DNA of 32,000 nt from an uncultured Chloroflexia bacterium (GTDB lineage Bacteria; Chloroflexota; Ktedonobacteria; Ktedonobacterales; JADMIN01). The translations under genes and the position numbers were made by a program. Positions within the stretch are counted from its first letter, which is position 1; each line of letters starts with the position of its first letter. Positions 7,578-14,965 of this stretch are shown piece by piece. The stretch lies in contig CAVRAI010000007.1 in assembly GCA_963718915.1 (NCBI GenBank), positions 1-32,000 of the forward strand, read 5' to 3'. The notes under the pieces were generated by a model. It was not told the DNA's origin and made no database searches. It was given only the letters and a program-made list of their open reading frames with translations.

Positions 7578-8341
7578 GTGGCAGATATGACGACTCCAGT
7601 GACCCCACGCCCAGCGGCGACGTGCGTGCTGATGCGACCACACGCGGGCGGCGGAGTTGAGGTATTTATGGTACGACGTCACATCCAGAGCGAGTTCGCG
7701 CCTGATGTCTACGTCTTCCCCGGTGGCTCTGTCACCGACGACGACCAGCAGACGGAGCGGACGCCAGGCCTCTGTGTTGCGGTCGAGGGCGACACATTGG
7801 GCAGCGGGTTCCGTGTGGCGGCGCTGCGCGAATGCTTCGAGGAGGCGGGTGTCTTATTAGCGCGACGCGGGGCCGAATTGCTGGCGATTGGCGAAGGAGA
7901 CGTGGCCCGTATCGCGGACTATCGCGCGGCGCTTCAGCAGCGCCAGGTGACGATGATCGCGCTGGCCGAGCGGGAGGGACTGACCTTCGCCACCGATGCG
8001 CTCACTCCCTGGGCGCACTGGATTACGCCCGAGGCTATATGCCCAAACGCTTCGATACGCGATTCTTTCTGGCGGAGATGCCCACCTCCCAGGAGGCGGC
8101 GTACGACCACCTGGAGACGACCGACGGCGTCTGGATCACACCGGAGGAGGCCAGCGCGGGCTACGAGCGCGGCGATTTCCCGCTTGTCTTCGCCCAGATT
8201 CACCAGCTCCGCGAGCTACACGGTCTGAACAGCTTCGCCGATGCCCGCGCGCGTTTCGCCGGGCATGCGCCGCGCACGATCATGCCGCGCGTCGTCGAGC
8301 GTGACGGCAAGCTGGTCATTCTCCTGCCTGACGAAGAGTGA
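7578..8341 (+). pseudogene. NUDIX hydrolase with a single -1 frame change near 8031-8038 (true pseudogene or assembly indel)
   Basis: ORF 7578..8228 carries the Nudix box FPGGSV...AALRECFEEAGVLL and ...WAHWITPE. The homology-consistent continuation YMPKRFDTRFFLAEMP...LVILLPDEE lies in ORF 7832..8341. The start is GTG 7578 or ATG 7587. Confidence 0.7.
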
Positions 8342-8358
8342 CGAAGGAGCAGTTCGCC

Positions 8359-9186
8359 ATGTCCGCTACCGTTGCGTTGCCTGTTGGCGTCACATGCATT
8401 CTCGCGCCCAACCCTTCGCTGCTGACCGGGCCGGGGACAAACACTTTCCTGGTCGCGGATGAGATCGCGGGCGAGGTGGTAGTGATCGATCCCGGCCCAG
8501 ACATCCCCGAGCATCTGCGCCACATCGCCGATACGATTGCCGAGCGTGGCAGGGCAACGGCGATTCTGGTGACGCACGGCCACCCCGACCATGCGGATGG
8601 CGCCGCCTCCCTGCGCGAGTTGCTCGGCGTGCCAGTCTATGCCTGGAGCCGCGAAGGCGTCCCCGCGAGCGATCGTCCATTGGCCGATGGCGCGGTGATC
8701 TCGGTCGGGACTCGCCGCCTGCGCGCGCTCCATACGCCAGGGCACCGCTTCGACCATCTCTGCTTTCTGCTCGAAGACTCCAGAGCGCTCTTCGCGGGCG
8801 ATCTGATCGCGGGGGTGGGCACGGTGGTGATCGCGCCACCGGAGGGCGACCTGCTGGACTATCTGGCATCGCTACGACGGCTGCAGACGCTTGACCTGCG
8901 GCTCATCCTGCCCGCGCACGGGCCATTCCTGGACGATCCAGAGGCTGTGCTCAGCTATTACATTGCCCATCGTGAGGAGCGCGAGCGGCAGGTGCTTGCG
9001 GCGCTTGCGACAGGCCCGCAAACCGTTGGGGAGCTGGTGAGTGTCATCTATGCCGATGTCAGCGCCGATCTCCACCCAATCGCCGCATACTCGGTGCTGG
9101 CGCACCTCTACAAGCTGGAGCGCGAGGGGCGCGTTCATCGCCTGCCAGTCACCGATGACCAGGAACGCTGGTCGCTCGTCGCTTGA
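8359..9186 (+). CDS. MBL-fold metallo-hydrolase (glyoxalase II/LACTB2-like) with C-terminal winged-helix-like segment
   Basis: ATG 8359 follows GAAGGAG (8343-8349). The metal-binding motif is LVTHGHPDHADG, followed by ALHTPGHRFDH and FAGD. Confidence 0.85.
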   Translation: MSATVALPVGVTCILAPNPSLLTGPGTNTFLVADEIAGEVVVIDPGPDIPEHLRHIADTIAERGRATAILVTHGHPDHADGAASLRELLGVPVYAWSREGVPASDRPLADGAVISVGTRRLRALHTPGHRFDHLCFLLEDSRALFAGDLIAGVGTVVIAPPEGDLLDYLASLRRLQTLDLRLILPAHGPFLDDPEAVLSYYIAHREERERQVLAALATGPQTVGELVSVIYADVSADLHPIAAYSVLAHLYKLEREGRVHRLPVTDDQERWSLVA

Positions 9187-9356
9187 CAACCAGTGGCCCG
9201 CGGCATACAATCGCCGGAAGACGCCCTTGCTGGCGTCCATCCGTGTTGTCTGTACAAGAGCGTCTACCCATCGTTGATATACCACCTGAATGGCAGATGG
9301 TTGCGCGCCGCCATTACAATGAACCAGCGCCGACCATGCCCGGGAGAAAGACAAGC

Positions 9357-9941
9357 ATGATTCGCAGAGATAATTCCCAGGATGCCGAGCGACCTCGCAA
9401 CTATTCCTCGTTCTGGATTGAAGTGGCGCAGGGCAAAGAGGGCGGGCAGAGCGCGGGAGCCGTGCTGAGCGATGATATCCTGGATCTGGATGTGCCCGAG
9501 GATACAGGCGACGATCTGGCCGCGCTGGCTGATCTGACGGAGCTTGCTGCTCCGGTTGCTCCGGTTGCTCCGGCAGAGCCCGCGAAGCCCGCCAGGAGCA
9601 AGGTTCCCGACAAGAAGCCCGAGTCGCCACGATCACTTAGTTCGCTGGCGGATCTCGCCAATATCGACATGCTGATGAAAAACTCAGCCGATTTGGGCGA
9701 TGAGGCAGATGTCGATCTGGCCTCGGATGAAGCCGAGGATCTGGAGGTGCCGCTGACGAGTGACTACGACTTCGCGGATACTGCCGAGGAAGAGGAGATC
9801 GAAGCGGAGTCACTCGACGAAATCGACGAGGCCGGCTTCGACGACGACGAGGAGGAAGAAGAAGAGGATGACTGGGGCGGCCGCAAAACAAAGCAGTCGA
9901 AGCCCCAGAAGCCGCGCCGCCCGGAGCGCAGGCAATTTTAG
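9357..9941 (+). CDS. Highly acidic, low-complexity hypothetical protein with basic C-terminal tail
   Basis: ATG 9357 follows GGGAGAAAG (alternative start ATG 9336). D/E-rich runs include DEAGFDDDEEEEEEDDWGG, and the C-terminus is KTKQSKPQKPRRPERRQF. A strong terminator follows the gene. Confidence 0.55.
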   Translation: MIRRDNSQDAERPRNYSSFWIEVAQGKEGGQSAGAVLSDDILDLDVPEDTGDDLAALADLTELAAPVAPVAPAEPAKPARSKVPDKKPESPRSLSSLADLANIDMLMKNSADLGDEADVDLASDEAEDLEVPLTSDYDFADTAEEEEIEAESLDEIDEAGFDDDEEEEEEDDWGGRKTKQSKPQKPRRPERRQF

Positions 9942-9968
9942 TCGGCAACAGACAAGAGGGGTGGCTCA

Positions 9969-10009
9969 TACGGAGGGTGGACGTCAGACCACCCTCCGTA
10001 CTTATTTCT
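9969..10009 (+). terminator. Rho-independent terminator
   Basis: There is a perfect 12-bp stem TACGGAGGGTGG / CCACCCTCCGTA with an 8-nt loop, followed by CTTATTTCT. Confidence 0.8.
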
Positions 10010-10103
10010 GGCGACAGACGCGGCTCAACCAGTGCGCCTTGCTCCGCGCGGTACAATGACCCTGAGAACTGGACATCAGCAGGCGGGAAATCAGGCGGCA
10101 AAG

Positions 10104-10778
10104 ATGCAGACTGAGACGACGGCGCAGGCAATACATGGGCGTCTGTGTGCCGCGCTGGTAACGGTTCGCGGACGGGTTGCGCTGGTGATTGGGGACGAGG
10201 GCCGCTGGCGGCGCGACCCAGGTTGCGTCTTCATTCCGCTGGAGCTACCCGGTGGCCTCTGGCCGGAGGGATATTCGCCTGAGGCGGCGATGGCGGCCAT
10301 CGGGCAACACTGGCTCGGTAATGCGCTCCACCCGCTGGCCGCTGAGGTTACCTATGGGCCAAGCGCTCGCCACGCGATTGATCGGCTGCCCCCGCGTGAC
10401 GCGCCCGCGCCGCTGCTCTATCTTGAACGACTTGCCCCCGCCAACCCAGAGCGCAACGAGGGTGTCCGCCCTATCGCGGTCGCGGTCTTTCGCGCCATGA
10501 CCGACAGCCCGGCTGACCCCCTGGAGCCACACGGCGAATGCGCTGGCCTGCTGCTCCTCTCATGGCAGGCGCTGCGCCAGATTCTGCGCGGGCTGCCACT
10601 GGACGACCTGCTGGCGCGTGAGGATGTCACCGTGCGTCTCCGCCCTGGCGTAACGCTGCCACCGGGGGCGCTGGTCTATCTCACCGCGGAATATGGAGAG
10701 CGCACCCTGCTCCGTGTGACGGCAAAATACGGCATGCAGGCATTAGGGAAGGACACTGATGATGGGACTGGAGTTTGA
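10104..10778 (+). CDS. Hypothetical protein, Nudix-fold-like with degenerate Nudix box
   Basis: LELPGGLWPEGYSPEAAMAAIGQHWLG keeps the PGG...G...A...G scaffold of the Nudix box but lacks the RE..EE residues. The start at ATG 10104 is chosen over ORF start 10032 and has only a weak SD. Confidence 0.5.
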   Translation: MQTETTAQAIHGRLCAALVTVRGRVALVIGDEGRWRRDPGCVFIPLELPGGLWPEGYSPEAAMAAIGQHWLGNALHPLAAEVTYGPSARHAIDRLPPRDAPAPLLYLERLAPANPERNEGVRPIAVAVFRAMTDSPADPLEPHGECAGLLLLSWQALRQILRGLPLDDLLAREDVTVRLRPGVTLPPGALVYLTAEYGERTLLRVTAKYGMQALGKDTDDGTGV

Positions 10779-12309
10779 AGCGGTGCGCGCGCCTGATCTT
10801 CAAGGCACGGCCTGGTTTAATACCCCTCAGCCATTAACGCTGAAGGGTGTGCGTGGAAGGCTGGTCTTGCTCGACTTCTGGACCTATTGCTGCATCAACT
10901 GCCTGCATGTCCTCGAAGACCTGAAATATCTCGAAGCCAAATATGCGGGCCGCCCGTTCGCTGTGATCGGCATTCATTCGCCGAAGTTCACGAATGAAGA
11001 CGATCCTGAGAGCGTGCGGCAGGCGATTGCCCGTTACGGCATTACGCACCCGGTGATGCTGGATAGCGGACGCCGCACCTGGGAGGCCTATGGTGTGCGC
11101 GGCTGGCCAACGCTGGTGTTGGTCGATCCGCGTGGTTATGTGCTGGGGCGCGTCTCGGGCGAGGGCAATCGCGACCGGCTGGACGCCGCCATCGCGCAGG
11201 CGCTCGATCTGCTCGGCCAGGCTGAGGCGCTCAATCCCAAACCGCTGCTCGTCAAGTTGGAGGCGGAGTCTGGCGCGTTCTCACCAGATTCACCGCTGCT
11301 CTATCCGGGCAAAGTGCTGGCGGATGAGGCGAGCAACAGCCTCTACATCGCCGATACCGGCCATCATCGCATCGTCCGCACCGATCTCGACGGCGGAAAC
11401 TACGTGATGATTGGCGACGGCGCGTCAGGCGCAACCGACGGCGACTACGAGACCGCGCGTTTCCGCGCGCCGCAGGGAATGGCGCTCGACGCCGCGAGGA
11501 ACTGCCTCTATGTGGCCGATACTGGCAACCACCTGTTGCGGCGGATCGACTTCGAGACGCAGTCCGTGACGACCATCGCCGGGACAGGCGAGCAGGGGCT
11601 TCGCCGGACCGAGGGCGGGCCTGCGCTGAGTGTGCCGCTCAATTCGCCCTGGGATGTCTGCCTGCTGGAGAACCAGCTCTACATTGCGATGGCCGGGTCA
11701 CACCAGATATGGGTCTACCATCCCGGCGACGAGACAGTCGCGGTCTTCGCTGGCTCTGGCGCCGAACACCGCACCGATGGCAGCGCTCTGCAGGCGGCAT
11801 TCGCCCAACCCAGCGGCATCGCCACCGATGGCGTTCACCTGTATATCGCCGATAGCGAGATTAGCTGCGTGCGCGAGATTGAGCTGGCTGGCCCAGAGCC
11901 GAAGGTGCGCACGCTGGCCGGGGGCGATCTCTTCCAGTTCGGCGACCGCGATGGCCGTGGCGACATGGCGCGCATGCAGCACCCGCTCGGCGTCACCTGG
12001 GTACCCGTCGGCGCTCCAGCTGGCGGCACGCTGTATATCGCCGATACCTACAACCACAAGGTGCGCCGACTCGACGCCGCAACTCGCGACCTCAGTAGCT
12101 TCAGCGGGAAGTCGTCCGCTGGCTTCGATGATGGCCCGCCGCTGGTGGCGCGCTTCCGCGAGCCGAGCGGTCTGAGCTACGCCCGTGGCAAGCTCTACGT
12201 CGCCGACACCAATAATTCGGCGATTCGGGTGGTCTCGCTGCCCGAAGGCTCTGTCTCGACGCTCGCACTGCCTGGTCTCTGCGCGCCGGGCATCTGCCTG
12301 CCGGGATGA
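10759..12309 (+). CDS. Thioredoxin-like (TlpA/AhpC-TSA fold) + NHL-repeat beta-propeller protein, NHLRC2-like
   Basis: FWTYCCINCLH is a CCINC redox motif as in NHLRC2. IGIHSPKF and WPTLVLVD follow. NHL repeats then recur (LYIADTGHHRIVR, LYVADTGNHLLRR, LYIADSEISCVRE, LYIADTYNHKVRR, LYVADTNNSAIRV). The gene overlaps the upstream gene by 20 nt. Confidence 0.9.
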   Translation: MMGLEFEAVRAPDLQGTAWFNTPQPLTLKGVRGRLVLLDFWTYCCINCLHVLEDLKYLEAKYAGRPFAVIGIHSPKFTNEDDPESVRQAIARYGITHPVMLDSGRRTWEAYGVRGWPTLVLVDPRGYVLGRVSGEGNRDRLDAAIAQALDLLGQAEALNPKPLLVKLEAESGAFSPDSPLLYPGKVLADEASNSLYIADTGHHRIVRTDLDGGNYVMIGDGASGATDGDYETARFRAPQGMALDAARNCLYVADTGNHLLRRIDFETQSVTTIAGTGEQGLRRTEGGPALSVPLNSPWDVCLLENQLYIAMAGSHQIWVYHPGDETVAVFAGSGAEHRTDGSALQAAFAQPSGIATDGVHLYIADSEISCVREIELAGPEPKVRTLAGGDLFQFGDRDGRGDMARMQHPLGVTWVPVGAPAGGTLYIADTYNHKVRRLDAATRDLSSFSGKSSAGFDDGPPLVARFREPSGLSYARGKLYVADTNNSAIRVVSLPEGSVSTLALPGLCAPGICLPG

Positions 12310-12335
12310 TGGGTACATGGGTACATGGGTACATG
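12309..12335. repeat. 8-bp tandem repeat (GGGTACAT x3, flanked by partial units)
   Basis: Direct reading gives ATGGGTACATGGGTACATGGGTACATG. It begins at the last base of the TGA stop of the preceding gene. Confidence 0.9.
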
Positions 12336-12369
12336 CGCCGCATATTTTCATGGAATTCTCATGAGCTTC

Positions 12370-12378
12370 TGCTATACT
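12370..12378 (+). promoter_or_regulatory. Extended -10 promoter candidate (TGCTATACT)
   Basis: The sequence matches TGnTATAaT. It lies ~80 nt upstream of ATG 12458. Confidence 0.35.
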
Positions 12379-12457
12379 GGCTGCGAGAGTGTAACGCTGC
12401 ACGGTAGTAGCATCTAAAGCCCGTGACGCGGGAATTCGGGAGGATAGTTCATCGACG

Positions 12458-12844
12458 ATGCAGAACCTGCCCAATAATGCTCCCACCTGGCCGCAAAAGA
12501 CATCACAGCACACGCCAACCGGTGGCCCCGAACGGATGCCCCCAGAGAAGGCGCGGCGACGTGCGAAAACGTTGAAACGCCTGACGCTCGCCGGAACGGC
12601 GGTGACGTTTTGCGCGCTGGCTGGGCTGGCCGCCAATCACGTGACTGGCGTCACCTCGGCGAACGCCGCGGGCGCATCGGCAACGACGACGCCATCGAAT
12701 CAGGGTGACCATGGACGATTCTTCCCAGGTGACAGGCAAGGCTCAGACGACGGCGGACAACAGAGCGGCCAGGGTGGAGGGTATAACTTCGGCTCTGGCT
12801 CCGGCAATTTCCAGCCTCCCGCCTCCACCTCCGGTGGCTCCTGA
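12458..12844 (+). CDS. Small Arg-rich/TM-anchored Gly/Ser/Thr-rich protein (possibly the detached N-terminal anchor of ApbE)
   Basis: KARRRAKTLKRLTLAGTAVTFCALAGLAANHV looks like a signal anchor. A low-complexity G/S/Q-rich tail follows. The SD GGGAGGA (12438-12444) is 13 nt from the ATG. Confidence 0.5.
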   Translation: MQNLPNNAPTWPQKTSQHTPTGGPERMPPEKARRRAKTLKRLTLAGTAVTFCALAGLAANHVTGVTSANAAGASATTTPSNQGDHGRFFPGDRQGSDDGGQQSGQGGGYNFGSGSGNFQPPASTSGGS

Positions 12845-12863
12845 CGAGCAGGCGCCCGATGGC

Positions 12864-13796
12864 ATGAGCCGCCATGTCTTCGCGGCGATGGGGACGACGG
12901 TGACGGTGCTGGCGGCTGCGGAACATGGATCGCATGCCTCCGAGGTTGTGCGGGCGCTCTTCGATGAATGGGAGCGCACCCTGAGCCGTTTTCTGCCAGA
13001 GAGCGAGCTTTCGCGCCTGAATGCGCGGGCGGGAACAGCCGTCGAGGTCAGCCCGCTTCTCTGGGATGTGCTGACCACCGCGCTTCAAGCTGCTCGCGCC
13101 ACCGATGGTCGCTATGACCCCACACTGCAGCGCCAGATGCTCTGGATCGGCTACGACCGCACCTTCGCGGACATCGATAAAGCTGGGCGCGGGACGACTC
13201 GCCCAGTCGGACAGGCGCGGACTGGCGGCGACTGGCGACTGATCCAGCTCGATCAGGCGCATCGGCGGGTGACGCTGCTCGAAGGCGCCGGCCTCGATTT
13301 TGGTGGAATCGCCAAGGGAATGGCCGTAGACGCCGCGCTCGGCCAATTGCACGCGCTGAACCTGACGCCCGCGCTGGTGAACGCTGGCGGCGATCTGGCG
13401 GTGATGGGTCAGCCGCCGGGTCAGCCTGACTGGCCAATTGCCGTCCCAGGCCGCGACCGCCACTGGGCAATCCCGCTACGTAACGGCGCCATCGCCACAT
13501 CCACCGTCACCCGCCGCAACTGGCGCCAGGGCGACACTGCCCGACACCACCTGATCGATCCAACGACCGGCGAGCCAGCGCGGAGCGATATCCTCTCGGC
13601 GACGGTGGTGGCGCCCTATTGCCGCCAGGCGGAGGTGGGCGCGAAGGCGGCGCTGCTGCTCGGCGCGGAAGCTGGCGTTCGATTCCTGGAGACACATGGG
13701 TTGGCCGGGTTGCTCATCCCGACGACGGGCGACTACTTGACGGCTGGCCCCTGGCCGCTTGGAGCGATGATGGAGATCATAGGGGAGACGCGATGA
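12864..13796 (+). CDS. apbE: FAD:protein FMN transferase (ApbE/Ftp family)
   Basis: Motifs seen are FAAMGTTVTV, DFGGIAKG, VNAGGDLAVMG and ATSTVTRRNW...HHLIDPTTGEP. The ORF is open from 12705, but no SD or signal peptide is evident. Confidence 0.85.
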   Translation: MSRHVFAAMGTTVTVLAAAEHGSHASEVVRALFDEWERTLSRFLPESELSRLNARAGTAVEVSPLLWDVLTTALQAARATDGRYDPTLQRQMLWIGYDRTFADIDKAGRGTTRPVGQARTGGDWRLIQLDQAHRRVTLLEGAGLDFGGIAKGMAVDAALGQLHALNLTPALVNAGGDLAVMGQPPGQPDWPIAVPGRDRHWAIPLRNGAIATSTVTRRNWRQGDTARHHLIDPTTGEPARSDILSATVVAPYCRQAEVGAKAALLLGAEAGVRFLETHGLAGLLIPTTGDYLTAGPWPLGAMMEIIGETR

Positions 13797-14965
13797 GCCT
13801 CTGGGAAGCCATTACCTGGAATACCGCGCGCGCTGGTGGGTTTACCGCCTATCTGCTCGTGACGATCTCAGTGCTGCTGGGGCTGGCGCTGAGCATGCGC
13901 TGGCAGGTGCGCTGGTGGCCGCGGCTCATCTCCTATGAATTGCACGTCTGGATCACCAACCTCTCGTTCGTCTTTCTCGGCATCCATATCTTCGCCAGCT
14001 GGATCGACCCCTTTACCCGCTTTGGCCTGAACGAGCTGCTGTTGCCCTTCGCCAGCCACTATCGCCCGCTCTGGATGGCGCTCGGCATCGTCGCGATGTA
14101 CCTCTCAATCGCCGTCGCGCTCAGCCTCTTCATCCGGCGGGAGATCGGCTATACCTGGTGGCTGCGCCTCCACGAGCTTTCCTTCGTCGTCTGGGCGCTG
14201 GCGACGGTTCATGGGCTGGCGACCGGCAGCGACACGCGCACGCTCTGGGGCATCGAACTCTATATTGTCTCGGCGGTGCTGGTCTGTGGATTGCTCTGCG
14301 TGCGGCTGCTCCAGCCGGTGGCGCCCGGCGGGAGGATACATCCCATATGGGCCGGAATTACCGCGGCCTCGCTCGTCGTCGCCATTCTCTGGACGGCGAC
14401 GGGGCCGCTTCGCCCTGGCTGGAATGTCATCGCGAATAATGGCAACGGGTCAGGCGGAGTCGCGCAGGCAGCGGGAAGCTCCACTGGGACGACCACGCCG
14501 ACGGCCACAGCCGCCAGCGCCGCGCCATTTAGCCAGCCATTTACCGCCGCGTTGCAGGGTACCATGAGCCACCAGACCGATACGAACACGGGTCAGCCGA
14601 TCCTTCGTCTCGATCTCACCATGGGCGGCGCGCAGCAGGGCGTCCTGCGGATTGAGCTATGGGAACAGGACAGTGGCGGGATTGGCGACGGTGGCGACGG
14701 TGGAGATGGTGGCAATGGGGGGAATGGCCAGGTGACGGCGACGAAGGTGACACTCGGCGTCGATGCGACGACACCACTCTACCAGGGGCAAATCTCGACC
14801 CTGAATGGGGGATATATGGTCGCGCAACTCGACCCTACGCAGCCTGGCCAGCCATCACTGCAACTGACAATCAACGTCCAGGCGCAGGGCGATAATGTGT
14901 CGGGCACGGTATCAGCCATGCCCCTGGCGCTTGTCCCCAGCGGTAGCGTTGCTCGCGATGGGTAG
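13793..14965 (+). CDS. Ferric-reductase-like (FRD/MsrQ-like) bis-heme transmembrane protein with Gly/Thr linker and C-terminal beta-rich domain
   Basis: The start shares an ATGA overlap with the apbE stop and has the SD AGGGGAGA. The His pairs H-x13-H (HVWITNLSFVFLGIH) and H-x12-H (HELSFVVWALATVH) match the FRD/NOX heme-ligand spacing. Confidence 0.8.
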   Translation: MSLWEAITWNTARAGGFTAYLLVTISVLLGLALSMRWQVRWWPRLISYELHVWITNLSFVFLGIHIFASWIDPFTRFGLNELLLPFASHYRPLWMALGIVAMYLSIAVALSLFIRREIGYTWWLRLHELSFVVWALATVHGLATGSDTRTLWGIELYIVSAVLVCGLLCVRLLQPVAPGGRIHPIWAGITAASLVVAILWTATGPLRPGWNVIANNGNGSGGVAQAAGSSTGTTTPTATAASAAPFSQPFTAALQGTMSHQTDTNTGQPILRLDLTMGGAQQGVLRIELWEQDSGGIGDGGDGGDGGNGGNGQVTATKVTLGVDATTPLYQGQISTLNGGYMVAQLDPTQPGQPSLQLTINVQAQGDNVSGTVSAMPLALVPSGSVARDG

